The position numbers and the translations under genes were made by a program. A stretch of DNA of 64,000 bases from Octopus sinensis (lineage: Eukaryota), in the NCBI RefSeq assembly GCF_006345805.1, contig NC_043015.1, positions 24,428,001-24,492,000 of the forward strand. Reading direction: 5' to 3'. Numbering within the stretch: the first letter of the stretch is position 1; the number at the start of each line of letters is the position of its first letter. Positions 47,719-59,345 of the stretch are shown here, piece by piece. The notes under the pieces were generated by a model. That model made no database searches. It worked only from the letters and a program-made list of their open reading frames with translations, and had not been told where the DNA came from.

Positions 47719-47719
<1 letters not shown>

Positions 47720-48023
47720 GGAGGCGCAATGACCTAGTGGTTAGGGCAGCGGACTCGCGGTCGCAGAATCACGGTTTCGATTCCCAGACCGGGCGTTGTG
47801 AGTGTTTATTGAGCGAAAACACCTAAAAGCTCCACGAGGCTCCGGCAGGGGGTGGTGATCCCTGCTGTACTCTTCCACCACTCTTTCTCCCACTCTTTCT
47901 TCTGTTGGCCTGCTCGCTTAGCCAGCGGGGTGGAGTCATTCGAAGGCTAAAACAATGCGAACGCATTGTGACCAGCGATGTGTAACAACATCTGATGGTC
48001 TGGTCGGTCAAGTGATCACGTGA
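47719..48023 (+). mobile_element. SINE family 1, full length
   Basis: Same as 129-418; inserted in (TA)n. Confidence 0.95.
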
Positions 48024-48044
48024 TATATATATATATTCCCCACA

Positions 48045-48259
48045 GTTAGGGCTAAACACAAAGGAGACAAACAAGGACAGACAAAGAGATTAAGTCGATT
48101 ATATCGACCCCAGTGCGTAACTGGTACTTATTTAATCAACCCCGAAAGGATGGAATGCAAAGTCGGCCTCGGCGGAATTTGAACTCAGAACGTAACGGCA
48201 GATGAATTACTGCTAGGCATTTCGCCCGGCGTGCTAACGATTCTGCCAGCTCACCGCCC
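48045..48259 (-). mobile_element. SINE family 2, full length
   Basis: TTAAGTCGATTATATCGACCCCAGTG..ACTGGTACTTATTT...CGGCGGAATTTGAACTCAGAACGT...CCCGGCGTGCTAACGATTCTGCCAGCTCACCGCC. Confidence 0.92.
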
Positions 48260-48278
48260 TACCTACCTACCTACCTAT

Positions 48279-48309
<31 letters not shown>

Positions 48310-48398
48310 AGAAATTAACTGCGTAAAAGTCAATGCAAAGATTACTCCATCCAATGAGAGTTCAATATTACTAAATGTTTCAGCTACATGTACTTATT

Positions 48399-48442
48399 GC
48401 TCTACTAATAGTTTCCCATACATGCGTATGTTCATCAGGCGC
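48399..48442 (-). ncRNA. Type I hammerhead-like motif with a 3-bp stem III
   Basis: GCGC-CUGAUGA-A-CAUAC(gcau)GUAUG-G-GAAA-CUA(u)UAG-UA^GAGC, with one stem I mismatch and an extra A/G pair at the base of stem II. Confidence 0.5.
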
Positions 48443-48846
48443 CAGTCGCCTGATAATACGCACTGATAATACTTGGAAATGGATGTCTGGCGTTCGACCT
48501 GATAATAATATAAATAATAAATATATGCATATATGCATTCATATATGTACATACCTACATATATATGTATATATACAGTCACGTCTTGTCCCTACTTTCG
48601 AAACGCGGAATAGATAAAACAGGGGACAACTGACGAAGGGACTATTTTTATGATGCCTGCCTCGTTTCTGTATTTCTTTCTTTCGTTGTTCAAAAAAGGT
48701 TCATTTTCTATGTTTTTGTTTTTTATGTTCTCGTTTCTCATTTTGTCTATGTTTTTTTTAATATCCTGTACCCATATATGCATGTATATATACATATATA
48801 TGTAGCTCTGTACATATATGTATGTATATATACATATATATATAAC

Positions 48847-49030
48847 GGGAAGCTTTATGAAAATAGACAAAAGACGAAGGCAGGTGGAAAACAAACAAAC
48901 AATTGTATTAGTATGGCGCTCAGGAAATATAAATAAAACAAGTCTTTAACGTTTCGAGCCTACGCTCTTCAACAGAAAGATACACAGAGAGAAAAAAACA
49001 CAGAAAGAAGGAGAGAAAAAAATGCGTGCA
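48847..49030 (-). mobile_element. About 170-180-nt dispersed hammerhead-bearing element, copy 1 of 3
   Basis: Reverse complement aligns with 59180-59345 and 63745-63910 (TTTTTTTCTCTCCTT...TTCCTGAGCG...TACTAATACA..TGTTTG...CCACCTG.CTTCGTCTTTTGT). Confidence 0.85.
48944..48979 (-). ncRNA. Minimal type I hammerhead motif with variant core CUGUUGA
   Basis: CUUU-CUGUUGA-A-GAGC(guag)GCUC-GAAA-CG-UU^AAAG, with both stems perfect and a palindromic AACGUU junction. Confidence 0.65.
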
Positions 49031-49458
49031 GTAACTAACACACACACACATACAAACACACACAATTACGACGATGATTGAAAGTAGACGATAAAGGAAT
49101 GTGTGAACACGAATTAGAGGACTAAAACAAGGAAGATAAGAAAAGTTAATTATTTATTAGATTAGTAAGATGTAGAGAAAGATTATTCGCTGCTCATCCG
49201 GAAACATGAAACAAAATATGACAAAATATTTCACTTCCGCTTGCTGAGATTTAAATTAATGGGTAAATTAAGAACGAATATTAATTTTACTTGATTATAC
49301 AAAAATTTCCGAATTCGTTTTGATGGCGTTTGTAACCATTTTGAAAGGGATAAAGTTGAGTTGTGATACTAATGCCTTTTCTACGAGTATTAATGTACCA
49401 ATAATGTGCATAAGCTTTCCATTAGCGGTCTGATACCAAAATGAGAAACCAATTTTGA

Positions 49459-49665
49459 AAGGCAACCAGTTGGTAGAACAGTTACTCCACCAGACAAAAT
49501 GTTTAGCAGCGTTTCCTCTGGCTATTTATGTTCTGAATTCAAATTCTGCTGAGGGCGACTTTACCTTTTACTCTTTCGGAGTCGATAAAAAAAATTACTT
49601 GGTGAAAAGTATGGTCGATGTAATCGAATAACCTCTCTCTACCTTGTGTCAAAATCTGAAGCAAG
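49459..49665 (+). mobile_element. SINE family 2
   Basis: AAGGCAACCAGTTGGTAGAAC...GTTCTGAATTCAAATTCTGCTGAGGGCGACTTTACCTTTTACTCTTTCGGAGTCGATAA...GGTCGATGTAATCGA. Confidence 0.75.
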
Positions 49666-49970
49666 TTCATTCGACCAAACAAAAATTTCGGCCTTTCTTT
49701 AAACGGCAAATGGCGTCGGTTGCTGCTGTAAGAGAGATAAAGTCGATTTCGTAATGTAGATGCCTTTTCTATGAGAATTAATGTTCGAATAACGCGGATA
49801 AGCTTTCCATTGTCGGCCAATAGAATGTGACGAATATAAATATAAATTTGTCGGACGAAAATCGGAATAAGTGACGTTTAAATTTTTCCAAGGGCATCTG
49901 CTGCGATCCAAACTAAATCTGATTTCTCTGGGAATCGCCTGACATCAACATATTCACTTCTTGTCTCAAT

Positions 49971-50180
49971 ATCATCATTCTGATTTAACAATCATCTTCC
50001 AATTTGGCATGAGTTGAACAGTTTGCCAGAATCTGACGGATCCAAAACCTGCATCGCGCTCTCCTCTGTCTGTTTTGGCATGATTTCCACAACTGGATAG
50101 CCCATCTAACGCCAACCACTTTACAGAATACACTGGGTGTTTTCTCCATACCACCAGCACTAGTGAAGTTGCCATGTATC
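49971..50180 (-). mobile_element. 3' end of a retroposon (probably RTE-related)
   Basis: CATCATTC..TTTAAC...TTGGCATGATTTCCACAACTGGATAGCCCATCTAACGCCAACCACTTTACAGA. A related stub lies near 15118-15170. Confidence 0.55.
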
Positions 50181-50302
50181 TTGTAAGACCACAAAATTCA
50201 AATGAGGGTGGGAGGAGAGCAACTTTGTGAGTATAAAGTATGGGAAGTGAGAAGGAGGGTGGGGTAAGCAGGTTTTTGACAAAGAGCTACTTGGTTACTC
50301 AC

Positions 50303-50335
50303 CTTTAGGAGAAGATAGAGAAAGCTCATAAGGAG
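50303..50335 (-). CDS. Candidate 33-nt exon (APYELSLSSPK in phase 1, or LLMSFLYLLLK in phase 0)
   Basis: GATTTGCAG|CTCC...CCTAAAG|GTGAGT has a consensus donor and a modest acceptor. Confidence 0.18.
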
Positions 50336-50648
50336 CTGCAAATCGAAGTGGTTTCTCGGGGAGTGAAGCGAGTACTAGTGTGTTAGGACAGCGGGACAAG
50401 GTCAGTCGATCGGTAGAGATTTGTAGGTGTGTATGAGGGGGGGGGCAGAAAATGGTGGGAGTTGAAAGATTGGCAACAGCTACAAAAATGGGAAGGATAA
50501 GAGGGAAGATATAAGGAATGAGGGGTGACCGATGATGGGAGTGTTGAGGAAGTTACAGGGGTGTAGAAGTTAAATAACACATAAACCACACTAATATCGA
50601 AAGTCTTGGAATGATAGCAAAATTCATTAGTGCAGTCTGGACTATTGT

Positions 50649-50793
50649 TTAAGCGATACACATAGAATCGGAAATCAAAAGTCCGTGGTAGACAGATAAG
50701 CCAAAACCCCACGATTTTGTAGAATTCAGCAGATGGTGGTAGCGGCGGGAGTGATTGTACATACAAAGACTTGGGTTAGGTTTGACTAGCAGC
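50649..50793 (-). CDS. Candidate terminal coding exon, LLVKPNPSLCMYNHSRRYHHLLNSTKSWGFGLSVYHGLLISDSMCIA*
   Basis: Long pyrimidine tract ending TTTAACTCAG|G, then 48 codons ending in TAA. It could instead be a decayed retroelement. Confidence 0.2.
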
Positions 50794-51248
50794 CTGAGTT
50801 AAAACAAGAGAAAGATTTATGAGACAAACAAATAAAAGAGCAACGGAAGCATCAGATTTTGTATGTCATTGTGCGTCCATAGTAGTTGCTTGAGAACTGT
50901 ACATGTTCATGGTTAGAGTTATTTACATTAATGGGAGGGATTATCATTAAGTGAGTCTTATAATCGATGCAATGTTCAAACTGTAGAGCTTCTTAAAGAT
51001 AAGATTGGAAGGAAAAGAATAAAACAAAAAATGATTATGAAACCTGAAAATATATGATGAATATACTTTACTTGTGAATAAGAAGTTACAATATACGCGA
51101 TATATCTCTAATATTCATTTATTTCTTATAGTTGTAAGGATTCTACTGAAGAAGACGAAATCATAAATGAATCTCCGGCAGAAATAAGGCGGTGCATCTA
51201 ATTCAAGAATGCTTACTATTTCTAGAAAAGAAGGATAAATATTTATCA

Positions 51249-51289
<41 letters not shown>

Positions 51290-51481
51290 GCCGTACAAAT
51301 GTCTTCGGCCACATTAAACTATTGCAAATTTCTACTAATTGCCAACTTATAGGTGGATATTTCGCATTACTTTTTTTACAGATGAAACATTCGCCCTGTT
51401 AGAGTCTTTTCCATACCTAATCGTTTTATTTTGTAGTAGGGATTCTGAATGAGAGGGAAAGACGCGAGATGACCACCAAAA

Positions 51482-52405
51482 ATGGTCGTGCAAAATTTTC
51501 GGCACCTCACATAAACCCATCGCGGTACAGTGTTTTCAAACGGAAAAATGTCTATAATGAAAGTTTATCACATAATATTCATTTCAGTAGCTTCCCTTAG
51601 GTTGAATAATTGCGTCAATGCCCCTGAGAAGAAATGCGTACGAACCCTTCACCATCTTCACAGATATTAGATGCCATTCTCTGTGGATGAGCTCCCACAA
51701 CTCGTCACCGTTGCGGCGTGGATTCTTCTGACGAACTCTTCTCTTTAGTTCTGTCCACATTTCCTCGAGGATATTTAAGTCAACGCTCTGAATTGGACAC
51801 CCCTTCATCAGCCAGACTCTGTTAGGTTGCCCGCGATTTGTGGCATGGAGCTCCGTCATGCTGAAAAATCTCACCTACATTCAAGTCTGCTATCAAATTG
51901 TTCTTCAGCAACAGGATGTATTTGGCACTATTCAAATTACCATCAATTTTAACCAACTTTCTTGAACCATCATTCTTTATGTATCCCCAAAGCATCAGAC
52001 ACCTACTCCCAAACCTCACTGTTTTCGTCGTGTAACGTGGGTCGTTTCACTTTCTAATAAAAGAAGATTTGTCAGAAGGCCTTCAGGAAAGCAAAGCGAC
52101 CCACATCACACTTAAAAGAAGAGTTCGTCAGAAGAACCCACACAACGGTGAAGAGTTGTGGCAGCTCAGCCACAGAGAATGGTATCTCATATCTGTGAAA
52201 ATGGTGAAGGATTTGTACACATCTGTTTCCAGGTGCATTGAAGCAATTATTCAATTAAGGAAAGCCATACGAAATATTAACAATGTATGGTAACTTCTTG
52301 AAATGAACATTATGTAATAAATTTTCATTATAGACATTTTTCTGTTTTAAAACACTATATATTGATGGCTCTATGTGAGGTGGGCAAAAACCTTTGTACG
52401 GCTAT
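51482..52405. mobile_element. Fold-back Tc1-family DNA transposon with two right ends
   Basis: 51482-51748 is the diverged reverse complement of 52108-52405. Both arms hold the transposase C-terminus and the terminal repeat. Confidence 0.8.
51584..52040 (-). pseudogene. Tc1 (DD34E-type) transposase catalytic fragment
   Basis: YTTKTVRFGSRCLMLWG...IDGNLNSAKYILLL...IFQHDGAPCHKS...PIQSVDLNILEEMWTELKRRV...AIIQPKGSY*, with a frameshift. Confidence 0.88.
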
Positions 52406-52559
52406 TTTGTTGGTCGTCTCGCATCTCTCCTTCTCATTCAGAACCCCTACAAGAAAACGTAATGATTAGGTATGGAAATGACTTCAGGGCCAATGTTTCG
52501 TCTAAAAAAAACAATACGAAACAGCCACTTGTAAGTTGGTAATTAATAGAAATTTACAA

Positions 52560-52597
52560 TAGTTTAAACTGGGTGCTGACTTTTGCACAGTAGTGTA
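52560..52597 (-). repeat. Isolated Tc1-like terminal inverted repeat
   Basis: Reverse complement TACACTACTGTGCAAAAGTCAGCACCC resembles TA-CAGT...TGTGCAAAAGT Tc1 ends. Confidence 0.45.
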
Positions 52598-52600
52598 CAG

Positions 52601-52633
<33 letters not shown>

Positions 52634-53858
52634 CACATATAGATGGATGCATATGTGCATGTATGTGTATATGTGTGTTTGTGTGTATCTGTGTGGGGTG
52701 TGTAAGGTAAAACGAGAAAAAAAAGCGTTGTATCTGCTAATGGAATGCAACATTAGACATTTCAGGTTCGACAAATATATTTGTATGCCAAACGTAGTAA
52801 GCCACACAAAACAAGAATAAATATCCGTTTTGTTCATCTTAGATAAGGTGTTTTATACAAAGATACAATTCTCCTTACATGACTTTCTGTTTCTCAAAGA
52901 ATTATTTTAATTTTGAAATCCAGTGAATCAGATTAAGAGCGAAGAATATCTTTGACAATATCAAAGTCAACTGATTCCACTCAAGCAATGTTCCAGAGTA
53001 CGCGACTAAAGCATTATCGTGATGTATATACACCTTGAACAGGATAGTTAAAGCAGTTTTCATCTGAAATAGCACCTTTTTATGACACACAGTGCTTAGA
53101 AACACACATCATATCAGTGGGAGATCAAACTTCGTCTTCTATCGGAGGCTACATGTCTCATATAGGCATGTGGCTAGCTGTAAATAAACATCATTTACAA
53201 AGCCCAACAAATCCGAAATGCATTTGGCGTTCTTGCTAGCTTTTACCGAGAAGAGCTTTTTGTCTTTCTTCGAAATATATTGCATCTTTAAACAAATAAC
53301 GTCCACAAGATATTTCATCTCGGGCAAAAACCGTAGTAACTTTCCTATCAAATGTGCTTATACATTCGGAACGGTACTACTTCTATTGCGTATACTCAGG
53401 TTTCTAATAATATTTACATTAACAAGTAATCTATTACTTTATAATTTGGCTGCTATATGGTATCAACCACACTCAAAACGAAATATAAAAAGTTTGTATT
53501 TATAATGAAGTAAGTCTGTGAGAGCAGATTCATTACTTAATATTTTAATATTTTTAGACATCATATAACAATATCTTTTTTTTTTATTTACATTGTAAAA
53601 GATTGTTTCGCCTGTTTCTCCTAAACAAGTGTTTTCACTTTTAAATAATACACCATTTCGTATTCAGAAGTTACTGTTTACAAATATATTCCTTTTTAAA
53701 TAATGTATATGAAGGTTAACGATAAAATATATTACTGTAAGGGCAAAATGTATCACATTACCACAAATACAACATAGATTCGATTCCTTTTTATGCATAC
53801 ATATATGTGTGTGTGTGTGCGTGTGCGTGTGTGTGTGAGTATACATATATATGTATAT

Positions 53859-53913
<55 letters not shown>

Positions 53914-55003
53914 CATGTATGTATACATATATATGAATGTGTGTGTGTGTGTGTGTGTGTGGCTTCATTTCCTTTAAGAAATAAATACTGGAAGAACTAA
54001 TTTATATACATTTATGTTAATGGAGCGAAGGTTACTTTTAAAGCTATCAGTTTGAATTATTTTTCACGTCGTATATTGTTCTTGCGAAAGAAAATATTTC
54101 TCATAAATTCGATACTTCAAATTTGCTTTTAAAAAAGAGTATATTATATTTTCTGAAAACGTTTCTTCATATTCAACTTTTTCTTTATATTAGCTGGAAA
54201 AAGTTATTCCAAAAGTAAAATAAAACCCTTTTGGGAAAGAAGGAATACTTGGTCTCAGATAATGTATGATCGTAGTTTAAAAGTTTAAAAGTTCTACATA
54301 TGCTTAATAAAAATTTATAACGAGACGCAAGTATAATATATTTTCTTAAGAACTAGAGGGACTTATAATTCATGCTTCCAAATAAGAAATACAAATGTCT
54401 TACGCTCAAAAACAAAAAAAAGTTATGACAAATATATAATATCGTTGCAGAATATTCCAGAACGTGAATTAACAAACAAAATATATGCAAACACTTGTTA
54501 GAAATTCTTGAGTTGCACGTACTGGGCCGGCGATTTTGCCAGTAGCTTTGTATTAGAGTTGCGGTAATTTTAGCAGATAAAACTCAGCGTAGTCAAGACA
54601 GAAAATTCAGTACAAAATATATGGCAAATTATATATAAAGAAAGGACTTCAAAGCAGAGAAGTAAGAAAAGAGAAAGATGAAGTAAAATGTAGAGGAATT
54701 TAGTCAAAGAAAATCTACAGACAAGTTACTGGATCGAGCTATAAAACGGTAAAACAAAAACGGCACCACAAGACTATAAACAATGGTCGTTGATTGACTT
54801 TAACACTTAGTGTAGTAGTGATAGATTCAGACGATCATATATTTATACATATATATACAAATGTTCGTTTTTCTTTTAAAATTTAGTAGAAGCTAAATAT
54901 TTATGTTTCTGCTAAATATTAATAAAAATATACATGTACTCATATTTTAAGTTTTATTCTTCCTACTTGCATAATATTTTTGTTCATATGTGTGTGTGTG
55001 TGT

Positions 55004-55075
<72 letters not shown>

Positions 55076-55203
55076 ATGTATATATATACATATATTTATG
55101 ATTAAAATGGTAAGACAACAAAAGAATGAAAGAGACCTCGATATTATGTAAATAGAGGAATTTATCTGTAAATGTGATATGTAACAATTATTCAGTAGCT
55201 ATG

Positions 55204-55262
55204 ATAAAACTCCGAGTTTCGGATGCCGAGGTGGAAATCCACGCCGCCATCTCTTCAGTTAT
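55204..55262 (-). ncRNA. Type I hammerhead-like motif with extended stem II
   Basis: AUAA-CUGAAGA-GAUG...GUGGA-UU-UCCAC...CAUC-C-GAAA-CUC(g)GAG-UU^UUAU, with one unpaired C before GAAA. Confidence 0.5.
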
Positions 55263-55654
55263 CCGGCCATCGGGAAAATGCTATGAAAAATGACCATTAT
55301 ACATATATTTATGTATATTTATATTCACTAATATTATCCTAATATTATATATTACCTATTGTATTTATTTGTGTGTGTGTACATGTATACATATGTATAC
55401 ATATATACAAGATATAGGTTTTAGTTTACAGGTGATCTAAACGACTAGGTACGCTAGGTAAGTGCTGTAACGCATTATCTGAGCCCCAAGATTATAGCAG
55501 CGACGGTAATTATGGAGATATCCCAGAAACAGCTGTAAAACTCGGAATTTTTTCTTTTTCCAATAATAATAATGTATATGATTTGAGATGTTTGCCTTGC
55601 CTTAACGTTTGTTGTCGACTTTAATAATTATGTATACATATATATACACATGTA

Positions 55655-55721
<67 letters not shown>

Positions 55722-56049
55722 ATGCACGCGCATGAGTATGTATGGATGAATGTTCATGAAGGTAAACAAACAAAAATATCATTCAATGCAACTTGTTGTA
55801 AACCTAATGTTTCGTACACGCAGATGCGTCTCTACATCTTCAGACCTTCTGCCTCAGTCTATCGCCTAGGAAAATGCAAGACTTTTGAGCTTAGTTACTC
55901 TATTATGAAATAAATTTATTCCGAACTGGAAACAAATATTATTCCTTACGATACGATATTTGCAATACATTTTACGTCATTTTATGCGTCTAAAACACCC
56001 AGTCATATACTCTGAGTAAATGCATTTTCTTATCAAAATTATTAAATAT

Positions 56050-56088
<39 letters not shown>

Positions 56089-56125
56089 AAAAAGGAGATG
56101 TGGAACACGAGTTGTGATATATAAA

Positions 56126-56442
56126 AAAGGAAATGAAGAAAATGCTGACAAAATAATTTAAGTAATTTAAGTAATTTAATTAGGTGAAAGTTCTTTTTAC
56201 CGGTTGCGCATTTGTTATGCTTATCAAAAGAAATTTTTTTAAGAGCGATAGAGTTTCTTTCTGATAGATTTTTTCCTCTTATCTGATAAGAGGAAAAAAT
56301 CTATCAGAAAGAAACTCTATCGCTCTTAAAAAAATTTCTTTTGATAAGCATAACAAATGCGCAACCGGTAAAAAGAACTTCCACCTAATTAAATTACTTA
56401 AATTACTTAAATTATTTTGTCAGCATTTTCTTCATTTCCTTT
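56126..56442. repeat. Near-perfect palindrome, 158-bp arms, 1-nt spacer at 56284
   Basis: Centre ...TTCCTCTTATC-T-GATAAGAGGAA.... One mismatch seen (AGGTGAAAG vs AGGTGGAAG). (TA)n tracts lie on both sides. Confidence 0.95.
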
Positions 56443-56479
56443 ATATATATATATATATATATACTTTATATATATATAT

Positions 56480-56521
<42 letters not shown>

Positions 56522-56537
56522 TATATACATATATATA

Positions 56538-56574
<37 letters not shown>

Positions 56575-56730
56575 TATATACTTTATATATATACTTATAT
56601 ATATATATATTATATATATATATATACTTTATATATATATATAATATATATACTTATATATATATATATATATACACATATATATATATATATACATATA
56701 TATATACTTTATATATATATACGTATGTAT
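56443..56730. repeat. Interrupted (TA)n array
   Basis: Seen directly, with recurring ACTT and AC interruptions. Confidence 0.95.
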
Positions 56731-57082
56731 GTGTGTGTGTGTATGTTTGTGTAAGTTACCGAATGCTTTGCTTGAATTATTGAGGTAATAAAATTTGTGA
56801 ACATAAAACATACGAAAAAATGTCATATGTTTATTTTGCGAAGCAACGGTACTTTTCAATTATACATTTCTAAACTGTGGGGTACAGAATGTAGAGAAAT
56901 GGAGTAAAACTTCTGGAAATGCCTTATCCAAATACACATTCAAACTTTTGAATATCACATTAAGCACAAGAATTTTCTGAAAACGTTTTCCTTTTTTTGT
57001 GTGAGAGTGAGACGAAATAGATTTATGGGAACAAATTTGATTTTGTTGAATAAAAAATATTTTCAAAAACTTTGTACAATAC

Positions 57083-57145
57083 CTCCTCTTCCGTTTCATG
57101 AGTGACACCTTGTTGAGACCTGATTTCTCTCGAACAACGGATATT
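57083..57145 (-). CDS. Candidate 63-nt exon (NIRCSREIRSQQGVTHETEEE in phase 0)
   Basis: TTTTGTTTTTATTTATTTCAAACTTTAG|AAT...GAG|GTATTG, with length divisible by 3. Phase 0 is compatible with the exon at 62790-62858. Confidence 0.3.
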
Positions 57146-57351
57146 CTAAAGTTTGAAATAAATAAAAACAAAATAATGTACGATTATAAATATAATATAA
57201 TGAGATATGATTTTTATTTGTATCAAATAATGTGAAATTTGAACCGATCTTATAATTAATATCATCAAGATGACTAACGATTTCATACTGTTGTCCCACT
57301 GCTGATGGTTTCAGTTTCTAATATTACTATTAATAGTACTAAGCGGTTTTA

Positions 57352-57545
57352 AGGCGGTGAGCTGACAGAATCGTTAGTAGATTGGGTACAATGTTTAGCA
57401 GCATCGTTTCCATTTTTACGATCTGTGTTCAAATTCCACCACGGTCTAATTTGATATTCATCCTTTCAGGTTCGATAAAATAAGTTCCAGTATAATTGAC
57501 TGGTCCCATGAAATTGTTGACCATGTGCCAAAATTTGAAACCAAT
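57352..57545 (+). mobile_element. SINE family 2
   Basis: AAGGCGGTGAGCTGACAGAATCGTTAG...GTTCAAATTCCACC...TTCATCCTTTCAGGTTCGATAAAATAAGTTCCAG...CCAAAATTTGAAACC. Confidence 0.8.
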
Positions 57546-58954
57546 ATTGGTTCTTCAATTCTTGCTGCAATGATTAATCGTTTAGAGCTGCCAGCAATTT
57601 TTTTTATTACCCTTGAGTGTAAAGTATGCTTTGCATTTAGCTAAACATTATAATATATTGTTAACTAAAATAATTTTCGTTTGTCTTTATAAGTAAATGC
57701 AAAAGATTTTTTTATAGATCTGGATAAAATTCGCATTTCAGAACTGTCTATATATTACATTTTACAATTTTATACTTCCTTATTCCGTATCTTCTTAATA
57801 TCAGATTTTTTTTTCTTTTTGCTTTGGAAACTCTTATCGCTGGTTATATTTATATTGGATATCATATATAAGAAGTTGGATCTAAATGATCCCATGCACA
57901 TGATTGTTGGGAAAGTGACTTGCATATCTTGACAGTGTAGTGGTCGGCGTCCCAATCAAAGATCACAAAATGATTCAGATAAGCATTTCAAGGGCGCTTC
58001 TGACTACATAATCTCCTTATCCAGACATTTTTTTCCTGGGAGTATTTATACATGTATCAATATCTATGCAGCGTCTCTTAATCCTGTCATTCTGAAGTGT
58101 AATCACTTCAAACCAGTTTACAATTCAACTTAAACATAGCAACATAATAATCCAATCCAGGCACACAAACATAAAGAAACACGCAAAAAGATTTCAAAAA
58201 GAAAGTTGAGTGGAAAGGATAGAAATAGCCACATTCCGGTGGAATAAGAATTTGTAAAATAAGGCAATTAATTAAGAATTGAATGTACAGAAAAGCCAGT
58301 GAGAGTGTGTTTGTCAACTATCTATTCCTTTCAAACAAACACTCATACACACACACGTTTGGTGCTAAGTGCTAACGCACGAAGCTCTTGGCCCATGAGA
58401 CACTCTGATGATTGTACGAAATATTAATGAGTGTGTCTCTAAATATAATACGTGTATATGTATATGTATGGTTAGTGTTTCAATATTGTGAGGGGTGAAT
58501 TATCGTTTTGGATCGTCACCAGACCTTCATCAGAATACATATATATAGATGGATATACTGTTTTCTGATATAAAAAAATCTAATGTTGAACTAATAATGC
58601 AAAACTCATCAGCGGAGACAATATTCAATCAAACGAAAAAGAAAAATTACAAACTGTGATGCTTAAAAGGTACCGGAGGAATTTAAGGGCTAGTGAGTTT
58701 CTTATAATAACTCAGAAATTCTTATCTATCAATCCATCTACCAATATCTATCTACCTGTGCATCTAATACTAGGATGTGAACACGATGCTTCTAATTACA
58801 CGGCTCTGCGTATATATTGACTGCATCATTATTAGTTATCACAATATTTTATAACAGACGAATGCAATAGTTACGTTGCCATCAAAGTAGAGGATAACAA
58901 GAAAAAAAAACGTAGATTCGTAAAGAAATATTTTGATATTTTCGGTATATTACG

Positions 58955-59040
58955 CTTTTTACTGTTTGTAGTCATTGGACTGCGACCATATTTGGAGTAA
59001 GGCCTTGTAGGGTTAATCGAACACATCGACCTTAGTGGTT
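58955..59040 (-). mobile_element. SINE family 3 tail fragment
   Basis: GTCATTGGACTGCGACCATA...AATCGAACACATCGACC. Confidence 0.55.
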
Positions 59041-59179
59041 ATCTTCTTTTACATTCCTGCACTTGTTCTGTCGTTCCCTTTTCGTGATTAGTTAATTCAC
59101 AGGAACGTAAATATTGCGGAGACGAATACAAGCAAACACAGACAAAAAGACATACATACACGCGTGTATGTAGCCATTA

Positions 59180-59345
59180 CACACATTTTTTTTTCTCTCC
59201 TTGCTTTTTCTGTGTACCTTTCTGTAGAAGAGAGTAGGCTGGAAACATAAAAGACTTTTTCTATTCCTGATCGCTATACTAATACATCTGTTTGTTTTGT
59301 ACACCACCTGTCTTCGTCTTTTGTTTTTTTTCGTAAACTTTCCCC
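59180..59345 (+). mobile_element. Hammerhead-bearing dispersed element, copy 2 (motif at 59218-59253, degraded)
   Basis: CUUU-CUGUAGA-A-GAGA(guag)GCUG-GAAA-CA-UA-AAAG, with stem II broken. Flanks align with copies 1 and 3. Confidence 0.8.

Noticed and set aside
48586-48645. GAAACG followed by CUGACGA-AGGGAC, a possible permuted hammerhead
   Set aside because: A 6-nt spacer separates the stem II partner from GAAA, there is no UH site, and a competing TTGTCCC/GGGACAA hairpin explains the pairing.
55795-55850. Minus-strand CUGAAGA...GAAAC motif
   Set aside because: Stem I strands are not complementary.
58498-58536. Minus-strand CUGAUGA-AGG...CC-AAAA-CG motif
   Set aside because: GAAA is mutated and the cleavage triplet is missing. 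It is counted only as a decayed relic and not called as a feature.
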